A stretch of 64,000 nt of DNA from Azolla caroliniana (lineage: Eukaryota; Plantae; Polypodiophyta). Shown here piece after piece: positions 51,339 to 63,304 of the stretch. Below the pieces are notes generated by a model. The model did not search any database and was not told the origin of the DNA. It worked only from the letters and a program-made list of their open reading frames with translations. A program made the translations under genes and the position numbers. Location of the stretch: positions 15,624,001-15,688,000 of the forward strand of contig JBHGNT010000003.1 of assembly GCA_043228905.1 (NCBI GenBank), in the 5' to 3' direction. Every line of letters begins with the position of its first letter. Positions within the stretch are counted from its first letter, which is position 1.

Positions 51339-53099
51339 TGTGTACACTGTTTTTTGTGTTTCAGAGTTGTGTATAGCATATTCCTTTTATTGTGGATTGA
51401 TGATTCATTTCTCAACAAGAGAGTGATCGGCGATCCAAACGATATCGAGGTCGACCCAACTGAGACCACTCTCTAGTCGGCAACCAAATCAACGTTGCTA
51501 AAACCCGATCAGGAGAAATTCTCTCATTAGACGATTCAATGATCGGAGAAGTCCTCTATTGTGCACAAGATGCACATATGTGGTTACAGGATTCCGATGC
51601 AACATTTCACGTGACCCCAAACATCAAGTTGTTTTCAAACTATTCGGATGGTGCCAACGACACAGTCTGACTAGGCAATGGGTAGGAGTGCAGAATAGCA
51701 AGAGTTGGCAAAGTACCAATTCAACTATCAAACCTGCATCAAGTCCGACACATACCCGATCTAAAAAGGAGTCTAGTCTCCATCAGCATGCTAGCTGAAG
51801 ACGGGTATCGAACGACTCTACGTGAGTCGGTATGGATGATCAACCGAGGAAACCTGAAGACAGGAAGCGGCACACAAGTACAATAACTTGTACCCATTAA
51901 TGGCGATCAATCCAGAAGGTGCCATCAACATAGCCGAAAAGATCGACCCAAATCTATGGCATGGCCAACTTGGTCATATGTCTCAAGCAGGACTCGATCG
52001 ACTGATGGCGGTTGGCTACATCCCTAAACTCCAAGCAAAGACGGACTTTTGCGAGCATTGTCGATACGGGAAATAGACTCAAAGTCTGCGCTCTCTCCAC
52101 TACGAGATGGTAAGACAGCCCCTTGAGCTTGTGCACATAGATATATGTGGCCGTATGCTCAAGTGATCACTAGGAGACTACCGATACTTCATCACATTTG
52201 TAGATGATTGTACACGGAAGGTCTGGGCGTACACCATTAGGTCTAGAGACGAAGCACGCATGGTCTTCACTCGATGGACATTTGAAGTAGAGAATCAGTC
52301 GGGATACAGAGTGAAGACACTGCAATCTGACAATAGAGGATTTGAGCAAAACACAAGCTCGAGCACGAGTAAGGAGGACAAAAATAAAAGGATATTGTAG
52401 GATGTAGAGGAAGATGTAGTCGAGTAGCCAACACCGAACATGTGAGTGCACATACACACGAATACAAAGACGATGAATACCAAAAAATGAGCACCGACCA
52501 CACGAACTACGAGCACACGAATGCGAGAGGACCGCGAACAAAAAAGAGTGAGAGGAAGAATTGAAGTAAGGAGGAAAAAAATGCCCAAGGAAACAAGATT
52601 TCCTCCCCCCAAAAGAAAAAGTAAGTCAAAATGAGACCCTCCTTGTTTTATAGGAAAACAAAGGTGTGAGGGGGGGTGCCACATTTTATTTAACGATTTT
52701 ATTCCCCTCTTCACTTCAAGCATAAAATCCCCTTAAATCATGGTGCTTAGTTTGAGATTTGATCTCGGAATCTATAGTACAGATTGAATGGCCATAACTT
52801 TCTTATTATATAATTAATTCCATAACAAAAAGTTCTTTTTGTCCCCTTTTTTCACTCCTTTTATTATAACATGTGTTGTACATTCCCAAGCCTTCCTCTC
52901 TCCTCTCTCGATCTTTTTGCTCCATGCCTTCACTTCATCCTTTTACCATTGTTTAGGTGCATTTCTCACACTCGGCACGCCACATCACGACACCGTGCTT
53001 ATTCCATAATGGGAACTTATCTTTTCTCAGATTTTTGACCCATTCCTTGAGTATGGCCTAAAATTCCCAGATATCTCCTCCAAGATTATCCCGATTTCC

Positions 53100-53740
53100 G
53101 ATTGTCGAGACTTTTGACTCGAGCACACATTCCACCATTGTCAAATACTATGGTCTCCATTTTAGATGATGTTATGTATGGTTTACCAATATTACAAAAT
53201 TTGAAGCCGAGTCTTGTACACAGAAGTGTTGGTCAATCTCAACATCACCAAGACTTCTTTGATTGGTGCAAATATTAAAAAACTAGACTATTCTCAGATT
53301 GTTGAGGCTTTTGACTAGAGCATGAATTGCACCATTGTCAAATACTTTGGTCTCCATATGAGATGATCTTTTGTATAGTTTTCCCAAAATTACAAAATGT
53401 GAAGCCGAGTCTTGTACAAAAAATTGTTGGTCAATCTCAATGTCACCAATCGTGACTTGCACATTAGGGCACACTCCATATAAGTCTTTAGTGGCCTTTG
53501 TTGCCACACATTGTTCTACTGATGATTCATGTTGATGGCCCACCTCCCCTTCTTGTAGAAATCTTTTAACATGAGATTGAACTCCTATTCTACTATCCAT
53601 GATTCATGTTGATGGCCCACCTCCCATTATCCATTAGAGATACCACTATTTCTTTATTTTCTCCTATGTTCACCAGTGTTTCTGTTTTTACGCTTGCCGA
53701 ATGAGGTTGAGCATAGTGACTATCCATGACCCCAATAGGT
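53100..53740 (-). pseudogene. Decayed protease-region fragments of the Trp-primed Gypsy family, with local duplications
   Basis: ATKATKDLYGVCPNVQVTIGDIEIDQQFFVQDS resembles ATKATEDLFAACPDVMVKIGDVEIDQNFFIQDE; 53200-53250 duplicates 53400-53450. Confidence 0.78.
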
Positions 53741-54719
53741 TGATTTTTCTCTAGACATTTACCTAGAACTGAAAATCTTAGAATGACTCTTCGTCTTCAG
53801 AAAATCTTAGAATGTCTCTTCCTCTTAGAACAGGTTTAGAGTATGATTGAAAAGATGCGGTGAAATTTTTGTTTTGTAAAAATTAAGTAATTGGATCATA
53901 TTCTCTTCATAATGTTCTTCCTTTGCCATGGTTATGATATTTGTCTTTGCTTTTGTTGAGAGATCAAGCTCAACTTAGTTAGTTAGTCAACCATGTAACT
54001 TCGTAGTTACCTAGATAGAATCTAGTTAGAAGTGTTGCCTTAACGACTTAAATAGGACCTTGTACTTAAGTTGGATATTCTAGATCCTCCATTCCCAAGG
54101 TCATTTAATATGGAACTTACATGGTTGTACCTACATTCTCCTCACACATGTGCACCCTTGCACATGAGATCTATAAGTGTATCTCTCTTTCTCTCTTCCT
54201 TTCACACACATACACACACATATCACTTAATCTTCCGCTTATTAACTTAATCACATAATTAGGTATTGTAAATAATCAAGAGATGGATTCTTGTGAAGCG
54301 GAATAGGTGTGAACTGTGTGTGTATGAGAGAGTGAGAGAGAGAAGGAGTAATACACAGAGAATACGCAAGGTAAAAGTATATTAGCAAAGGAGAAAGACT
54401 CAAGCTTATACAAGGTGGGAGGAGGGTGCTTTATGTAGTCACCCTCTCTCTTCATTAACTACAAGCCTCATGGAGCATGGGGAATGTGAAAGCTCATAAG
54501 TTATGTGTCATAGAATATGATTCTATGACTCATACTAAATGCTAGAATACAAAGTGGTGACATAATGGTGACTCTTGACCGTTGGAGTGTCTCTTCACTC
54601 TCAAGGTGAGTTCACACACTAGACCAAGTTGAGCTTGATTCTCAACACACCCCCTCAAGCTCAAGTCGGGTCGGTTTCAGACGGTATCCGAAATCTGCTT
54701 CAATTCACGTTCGGGAGTC

Positions 54720-54927
54720 CGCGTCGACTCGCTTTATGCGGAGTTGCGGAATCCGTGCTCCAGCTTGCGTTGTGCGTAGTTACGAAGTCTGTGCTTCGGC
54801 TTGTGTGCGTAGTTGCGAAGTCTGTGCTTTGGCTTGCGTCTTTCTTCACGGCTTTGTTGTGTGGTTGCGGAATCCACGCGTTATTGCGTAGTGCGCAGTT
54901 GCGGAATCTACGTGTTATTGCGTAGTG
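54720..54927. repeat. Degenerate ~31-36-bp tandem repeats in the Copia A 3' UTR
   Basis: About five copies of a (t)gcg(t)agttgcg(g/a)a(a/g)tc core between the pol end and the PPT. Confidence 0.75.
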
Positions 54928-57900
54928 TCTTCAGTACTCCCCCTCAAGCTTGGCAGGTCAGGGATCGTCAATCCAAGATCGGTCATGACTTGCCATAGCT
55001 TGTCGGCTCCTAAGGCTTTAGTGAAGATGTCAACCGTTTGAAGATTGGTGCTAATGTGTTGTAGGTCGACATCGCCAGCTAGAATGCGCTCTCGGATGAA
55101 GTGACAGTGCACTTCGATGTGCTTTGTCCGCACGTGGAACACCGGGTTCCGAGCCAGATACATACTGCTCATGTTGTCGCAGTAAAGGGGAGTTGGATCC
55201 TTGATGGGAACACCCAAATCCTTCAAAATCCTCTTAAGCCATATGGCTTCACATGCAGCTACGGCTGCGCCCCTATATTTTGCCTCCGTACTCGAAAGAG
55301 CGACGGTAGGCTACTTCTTGCTACTCCAGGATATTGCTCCGTTGCCGAGGGAGAAAACAAATCCGGAGGTTGATCTTCTATCAGCTTTGTAGCCGGCCCA
55401 ATCGGCGCATGTGTACCCCTCAAATTGTATTGGCATCGCGGTCTTGTAGAGGATGCCGCAATCCATTGTGCCGCTCACGTACCATAGAACTCGTTTAGCG
55501 CAATCCAAGTGAGTATCACGCGGTGTTTGCATGAATTGGCTGAGGAGACCGACCGGATAACTGAGATCGGGTCGTGTGATCGTGAGGTAGATGAGACTCC
55601 CGATGAGTTGCCGATACTGAGTCGGCTCACACGCTTTCGTGCCGGAGTTCGCATCTAGTTTGAGGTTGCAATCGAGCGGGGTTGCCGCGGATTTGCACTC
55701 AGCCATCCCGAACTTATATAGTAAGTTGAGGATGTAGCGCCGTTGAGAGATCATCATTCCGGCCGGAGTCCGAATTACCTCGATGCCAAGGAAGTAGTGG
55801 AGCTCCTTCATGTCCGTCATCTCGAACTTGTCGGAAAGGAGGGATTTGACCTTATTGATTTCGGCGATATGCTCACTTCCAATGACTAGGTCATCCACAT
55901 ATAAAATGATGACGATTGGACTTGCGGAATCGCTTCGTATGTAGAGGGAGTTGTCCGATTTTGACATACAGAAGCCGATTTGATGAAGATATTGCGTTAT
56001 CTTTGAATGCCAAGCACGCGGTGCTTGCTTGAGGCCGTAGAGAGGCTTCTTGAGTCGGCAAACCGCTTTCAGATGGGTGATCGAGTTGAAGCCGGCTGGT
56101 TGTATCATGTACACCTCCTCTTCTAATTCGCCTTGTAGAAAGGCGTTCTTGACGTCCATTTGATGGAGGTGCCACCCTTTCGCCGCGGCAAGCGCAATTA
56201 TGGTCCGCACCGTTGTCATCTTTGCCACCGGGGCAAAGGTCTCTTCGTAGTCGACGCCATGCGTCTGAGCGTATCCTTTCGCTACGAGTCGAGCTTTATA
56301 CCGGTTTACGGAGCCATCGGCGTTATACTTCACCTTGTAGATCCATCTGCATCCGATCGCCTTTTTGTGTGGTGAGGTGGGAACGAGATCCCACGTCTCA
56401 TTCTTCTCGTTCATTGCTTCGATCCACCGCGGGTCCTTTGCGGCTTCCGAAAAGGTTTCTGGCTCCCGTACTGTCGCTACCTTCATCATAAAGGCGTAAT
56501 CGTACGCCATATAATCGTTGTAGCTGAATCGGCTTACGGGGTTCTTTTCACGGGTGGATCAGCGGAGTTTTTCATTTGCAGAGATGAGGGCTTTCTTTGC
56601 TCCGATTGGTACCTCGAAACCGCCAAACTCACTGTCGAGTGAGTGAGTTGACTCATCGTCGGTGAAGCGATCATCTTCGTATTCTACCATTTTCGCCTTG
56701 CATTTGTCCATCTTCGGGCTAGGCTGTGATGTGCTTTGATCGCTCAAAGGCTCTTGTGGTCCGCTCAGTCGGGTCGTGATCGGACTTTCTTCGAACATGC
56801 GCGTAAGGTGATCTTCATCCTCTATCTCTTGTTCGGCGGAGTCCGGGTCGAGCGGGGTCGGATTCGAAGTTGTCTCTGGTGCGTACCAAGATGCAGACTC
56901 GTCAAAGACGACGTCTCGACTTATCCGAGATTTTCGAGTTGAGGGGTTGTAGCACTTGTACCCCTTTTGCTCCAGTGAGTATCCTACGAGGATACATTTC
57001 TCTGACTTCGGGTCGAGCTTTTGACGCTTCTCGTCGGGGATGTGCACGTATGCAATGGAGCCGAATATCCGAACATGTGATAGGTTCAGCTTCTTTCCAA
57101 AGAATCTTTCGTGCGGAGTGACCTCGTGCACGCCGGATGTTGTGCACTGGTTCATTAGGTAGACGGCCGTATTTGCCGCTTCAGCCCAGTATGACTTGGG
57201 CATATGCTTCTCGTTCATCATGGCCCGCGTTGCTTCGAGGATGTGCCGATTTTTGCGCTCGGCTACTCCGTTTTGTTGTGGAGTGTGTCGGCAAGTGAAT
57301 TCTCGTCGAATTCCTTCCTTTCGGAGATACGTCGTGAAATCGTCCGAGAAGTACTCCTTGCCGCCATCCGATCGAAGGCATCGTACATGTTGACCCGTGG
57401 CTTTCTCGACTTCATTCTTGAAATTTTGGAAGTGTCTGAACACTTCGCTCTTTTGCCGCATCGGGTAGATCCAAGTGTGCCTAGAAAAGTCATCGATGAA
57501 GAGCACGTAATACCGGCATCCGCCGAATGTCGCCGTTGGGGCCGGACCCCATACATCGGAATGAATTACGTCGAGTACGCCTTTGCTCACATTTTGCTCC
57601 TTCGGGAATGGGTGTCGGTGTTGCTTGCCGAATTGGCACGCTTCGCATACACCTTCAATCTCCTTCTCTTTGAATGTCGGGAGTCCGATGACGACTCCTT
57701 TCGACTTCATTGCTTTGAGTTTGTTGAGATTGATGTGGCCGATTCGCTTATGCCATAGCTCTATGTCGGAGTCGGCTTTTGTGCTTTTCGTGAACATGGC
57801 GGATTTCATCTCGTGCGAATCGAGAATGAACATCCGGCCCTCTCTTCTTCCGCGTGCGATGATTCGGCCTTCTTTTTTGATGAAGCACCCTTCTTGGTCG

Positions 57901-59215
57901 AATCGTACTTGCATCCCTTGCTCAACCATTTGGCCAACCGGGACCAAATTCTTTGTGATCGTGGGTACATGCAAGAAATTTTTAATGTATGTTTGCTTTC
58001 CTCTTTCACCGAACGGAACATTGCCGATGTGCCGAATCGGGTGCGTAGTGTCATCTCCGGTTTCGACATAACCGGGTCGCTCCGGCTCTCGAAGTTCGAG
58101 AAACCATTCTTTGTGGGATGTCATATGGTTTGAGGCTCCGGAGTCAACAAACCATACGTCCTCCGGATTGAGGGCACTAGTTGAGGTAGAGGCCGACATA
58201 GACTTTGCTCTATGTTTCATCATGAACATTCCGCCACGGTCGGAGTTGTATGTGCACATTCCGCCACGATCCTCGTAGTCGGAGTTGTGCCCGTACATTC
58301 CACTATACACTTCGTAGTCGGAATTGTGCACGTAATTCGTGAGTTGTCGGCTTGTGGAAGCCGATTCACACATCTTCTTTTGGCACTCTTCTTCGTGGTG
58401 GCCGAGCTTTCTGCAATATCCGCATTCGGTTGCATTTTGCGGCTCGGGCCGGAGTGGAAACTCCCCCTTCTTGCGAAGGTTCCTTGTTGGCCTCCGTTTT
58501 GCGGACGAAATTGGGAGTTGTTGTCGTAGGTCGGACCTCGTCCGCCTTGTCCTTGGCCGAATCGGCCTCTCGCTCGTCCGCGTCCTCTTCCTCCATTAGA
58601 GTGCGTGTAGAGCATGTGGCCTTCCGACTCATTGCTCCTTGTACGCACGTGGTTTTCTTCGACCAATTGCATTGATTGGAGCTCGAAGAAGGAAGGAGAT
58701 TTCTCCCGTGCTAGAACGGCGGTTCGCATCGCGCCGAACCGTGGTGCAAGGCCGCCGAGGTCTATTTGCACCATCTCATCATCATCTATACTTACTCTTA
58801 TTGAGCTGAGCGAGTCGCAAAGCTCCTTGATCTTCAAGGTGTATGTCATGATGGACATATCCCTTTGTTGAATGTTGTTCAACTCTTGGCGGAGTTGAAG
58901 CTTACTCGCGGTCGTGTTGGTGGCGAAAATCTTTCCTAGATTTTCCCACGCTTCCTTCGGCGTCTTGGCTTCTCAAATGTAACCGAGCATGTGGTTGTGA
59001 ACACATGTCATCAAACAATACATCATGCGGCTTGCGGCTTGCTCCCATGTCGCGTATCCGGGAGCCGCTTCGGCGGGTCGGTCTTCATGCGCTCCTTTGA
59101 TGTAGCTCCAATAGCCTTGTCCGACAAGGTATTGGTGCATCTTGTACTCCCAAGATGCGAAGTTGTTTCGATCCAACTTCTCGGTAGGGAGAGCGCTCCC
59201 CATTTGAGTATTCAT
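54915..59215 (-). pseudogene. Copia A gag-PR-INT-RT-RNase H, broken into five ORFs
   Basis: [74 protein letters not shown]. Stops at 58973 and 56559; frameshifts near 58440 and 55310. Confidence 0.95.
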
Positions 59216-61694
59216 TATGTCGATTCTTCTTCTTCTTCTTCTCTCTTCGAATGCGAGCTATGTAGTGAAGCTACGATAGCGATGAGCCGGTTCTTGGTCG
59301 TCGGCGTAGAGCACAACACACGATCACGATGAGGCGAATGGGCTAGATCGAGCTACCAAATTGCTCTGATACCATGTAAAGAATCAAGAGATGGATTCTT
59401 GTGAAGCGGAATAGGTGTGAACTATGTGTGTATGAGAGAGTGAGAGAGAGGAGTAATACACAGAGAATACGCAAGGTAAAAGTATATTAGCAAAGGAGAA
59501 AGACTCAAGCTTATACAAGGTGGGAGGAGGGTGCTTTATGTAGTCACCCTCTCTCTTCATTAACTACAAGCCTCATGGAGCATGGGGAATGTGAAAGCTC
59601 ATAAGTTATGTGTCATAGAATATGATTCTATGACTCATACTAAATGCTAGAATACAAAGTGGTGACATAATGGTGACTCTTGACCGTTGGAGTGTCTCTT
59701 CACTCTCAAGGTGAGTTCACACACTAGACCAAGTTGAGCTTGATTCTCAACAGGTATTAATTAACCATACTTATTTAATCACCTAATACTTAACATGGTA
59801 TCAGAGCGTGTGGTTTAGAAAATCCACTAAGCCCACCCGACTCCGTGATTGTGTGTTCAAAACGCCCACGACAAAATCCGGATATCGGCTACCGTAGTGC
59901 CGCTACGTAGCAAGTGTATGTGATTGAAGGAAGAAAAACAAAAGAAGAGAAGACACAATCAACATGAACACACAAATGGGTAGCTTGCTCCCTAGTGAAA
60001 AGCTAGACCGGAGCAATTATTCATTTTGGGAGTACAAGATAACCCAATAGTTCGTCGGCCAAGGGTATTGGAGCTACATTAATGGTGCTCAAGAAAATCG
60101 ACCCGACTCAAAGAACGTCGACTACGCAACATGGGAGCAAGCAGCGAGTCGAGTCATGTATTGCTTGGCAACATGTGTCCACGATCACATGCTTAGCCAC
60201 ATTTGAGACGCCAAGACGCTTAAAGAAGCGTGGGCGAACTTAAAGAAAATGTTCGCCGCCAACACAACCGCCCGAAAGCTTCAACTCCAACAAGAGTTGA
60301 ATAACATTTGACAAAAAAACATGGCCATGTCGGACTACACCGCCAATATCAAGAGCATTTGCGACTCACTTGGCTCCATCAACATAAATGTCAACGAAGA
60401 CGAGATGGTTCAAGTATGCTTGAGCGGCCTCGCACAACGATTCGATCCATTACGGACGGCAATCTTGGTGAGGGAAAACCCTCCTTCAATCTTCGACCTC
60501 CAATCAATGATATTGGTCAAAGAGAACCCCGTCCAAACCAAAAGCAAGACGTCGGAAGGACAAATGTTCTTCTCGAATTCGGACGGTGACCGAGGAGGAG
60601 GTCACGGTGGTAGAAGAAGTCAATTCGACCCATCACACGAAGGGAAATGAAACCTTCACGGAAGCCATCGAGGAACCTTCCGAAGAAGGGGGAGCTTCCA
60701 CGCCGAACATGGTCGGTAAATGAGGCCCGCAACTTGCAACTATTGCGGCAAAATTGGCCACTGCGAGGAGGAATGCCGAAAAAGAAGAAGCGAGTCGGCT
60801 TCAACAAGTCGACAACTCACAAACTACGCATCGAACTCCGACTACGACAATCGTAGTGGAATGTTCACGAATCACGCATTGAATTCCGACCACGGCGACC
60901 ATGGCGGAATGTTCGTAATGAGGCATAGAGAGAACTCTATGACGGCCTCCAACTCTGAGAGCACCTCCAATTCGGAAGATGTGTTGATTTCGGCGCTTTA
61001 CATCACATGACATCTCACGAAGAGTGGTTTTGTGATTTACAAACGCCGGATCGACCTGGCTTCATAGAGACGGGAGATGACCCCACACATCCCATTCGGC
61101 ACATCGGCAATGTCCCATTCGGGAAAGAAGGCGAGCAAACTTGCATTAAGAATGTATTGCATGTGCCCACAATAACGAAGAATTTGGTCTCCGTGGGCCA
61201 AATCGTGGAGCAAGAAATTCAAGTCCGCTTCAACAACGAAGGATGCTTCATCAAGAAAGATGGCTGACTCATAGCCAAGGGATGGAGAGATGGTCGCATG
61301 TTTATCCTCGATTCGAACGAGGTGAAATCGTCCATGTATGCCAAAGCTCTCAAAACCGAGAGAAGCATTGAGTTGTGGCACAAGAGAATCAGCCACATAA
61401 ACCTCCAACGGCTTCGAGCAATGCAAACCAAGGGAGTCGTCATCGGACTTCCGACATTCCAGTCAAAACGAGCCAACCGAGTATGTGAAGTGTGTCAACT
61501 CAGCAAACAACATCGACTCCCATTCCCGAAGGAGAGCCATGCAAGCAAAAGGCCTCCTCGACATCATACACTCAGATGTATGGGAACCGGCTCAACTGCC
61601 GATGATCGGCGGATTCCGATTATACGTAACCTTCATCGACGAATACTCCCGCTACACGTGGATCTTTCCGATAAAGAAGAAGAGCGAAGTGTTC

Positions 61695-63304
61695 TATCCT
61701 CCACAAGCTCTTCAAGCCGTTGTAGCGTGTTCCCATAGAACACTTCTTCGACTACCCCCACGATTTCTTCGTCTTCTTTTATTATTGATGCTGACCACAA
61801 CTTATCCTCTACTTTTTGGTATTCTTTCTTCATCCCTCCGGTTACGGCCGTGTACGTAGATGCCCCATTCGGACCGATTTGTACTTGTTTTGCTCCGAGA
61901 GTTTTCTTCCTATGTGGGGTATCAGGGCTTCTCGGACTATCACTTCCCCACTCCGCAACAGTCCGCTCTAAAAATCCAGCCTTGTTTGGGACAAGAGCTC
62001 TCCCTTGTTCCTTTCATGATTTGTTGACACAGTTAGGAATTGGATGGATTTCCCTCCGCTTTGGCTCCGAATTCGTGCGAAAGCCGCACCGCTATCGAGC
62101 ACCTTTGTCTCCATTCGTGAAGCCATGATAAAGGGTTGCCCGAGGATCACGGAATGTGAGACCTCGTCTTGTACGAAGAAATTTTGGTCAATCTCGACAT
62201 CCCCGATCTTCACCATCACATCCGGACAAGCCGCAAATAGATCTTTCGTTGCTTTAGTGGTTTCCTGGATCTTCCATCCATGGTTAATGTTTATAGGCCA
62301 CTTCCCCTTCTAGTAGAACTCCTTGGACATCAAATTGATCTCTGATCCGTGATCAATCAATGCTAGCATGGGCTCTTTGATGTTGCTGATTCGGACCGAA
62401 GTCTCCATAGTTGCATGTGCCCAATGTGGCCTTGTGTAGTGGGAGTTCGGAATTTCGTCCTCCACTTCGGTGTCATTCATTAAAACTGTGTTCGCATTTA
62501 CCCTTGGAGTATTTTCCTCTGTATTTTGTCTTTTTCTTTTCATGAGATCACAAGAAGGTCATGGAACTCCTTCGCTATTCCGAGTAATTCCTGAAGTGAA
62601 AATTCCACCCGGCTATCAAGGATTCTCTCTTCAAACACTTTCTTTAGGTCCGTCTGTTGTTTGATGTCCAAAGCGAGTTTGAATGCTGGAATTGTTTTCC
62701 CTTTCCCCTTCCCTTCGGAGTTCCTGCTCTCCGGCGTCTTTGAAGGTTCGGCCGCATCATCCGTGCGCCGTCATTTTTCATCCACATACACTTCATGCAA
62801 TTGACATAGCGCATGTACGCTATTCTTATCTACGGGGCACTCCCATCCCATAGTTTCCCGGATACATTCCGTGGCGCTTCGGATTTCATCATGGTCTGCT
62901 TTCTTCGAAATTTCTAGCATTTCCGGCCAAAAAGACGCCTTTGTTGCAGATGACTCCCCGACACGTATTTCCGCGGTTGTTGCATAATCGCTTTTCGCCG
63001 CTATTTCCTCCTCGAGGACCTTCTTCATGCCGCCTTTCTGGAAGTTCGGTCGGAGTGGCTTCCGAGAGTCCATTGAATGGATCCGATTTCCTTCGTAATA
63101 GATAAGATTCCGTCATAATGCCTCCTTGTGCTCGTCGCAATCCCTCCGATCATGTTCGGAGCCATCGCACCATATGCACCGACAGTCGATATACTTGGAG
63201 CTTGTGGGACGGTCATCCGACTTCTTTACCATCGCGATTTTTAGATTCTCCATTTCTTTCATCAACTGCTCTACCGTGGTTGCGTTGATTCCCTTCTCGG
63301 TCGT
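61695..63304 (-). mobile_element. Second, truncated copy of the Trp-primed Gypsy family (gag-PR region)
   Basis: Colinear with 30296-31910 (IDHGSEINLMSKEFY, CIWCDGSEHDRRDC); no LTR at either end within the window. Confidence 0.9.

Larger units (their letters stand above)
41407..51417 (+). mobile_element. Ty1/Copia (family D, Tnt1/Tork-like), full-length but degenerate
   Basis: 5' LTR 41407-42075; degenerate PBS 42079; PPT gtgaagggggag before the 3' LTR (46565-46685 plus 51344-51417, internally deleted). TSD not clean. Confidence 0.9.
39239..52345 (+). mobile_element. Old Ty1/Copia (family C, Tnt1-like), host of several nested insertions, truncated in integrase
   Basis: LTR ending 39994 (left end approximate); PBS tggtattagag 39997; gag from 40095 (KALALLSSLPASW). 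Resumes at 51418 with protease (WLQDSDATFHVTP), LWHGQLGHMS..CEHC and integrase up to LQSDNRG. Confidence 0.82.
54267..59752 (-). mobile_element. Full-length Ty1/Copia (family A), recent insertion
   Basis: LTRs 54267-54647 and 59375-59752 nearly identical; TSD GGTAT (54262-54266, 59753-59757); iMet PBS 59363-59374; PPT 54648-54660. Confidence 0.97.
53954..61694 (+). mobile_element. Older Copia relative of family A (A'), 5' LTR interrupted by Copia A, truncated in integrase
   Basis: LTR 53954-54266 plus 59758-59795; PBS TGGTATCAGAGC 59796-59807; gag MNTQMGSLLPSEKLDR from 59964; ends at YVTFIDEYSRYTWIFPIKKKSEVF. Confidence 0.88.

Noticed and set aside
52345-52885. Possible minus-strand LTR after the Copia C truncation
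   Set aside because: LTR-like composition but no partner LTR, TSD, PBS or clear PPT.
54720-54927. CRISPR-like repeat/spacer appearance (also 1982-2190, 23575-23718, 58225-58340)
   Set aside because: Degenerate head-to-tail repeats without unique spacers, no cas genes, eukaryotic TE context.
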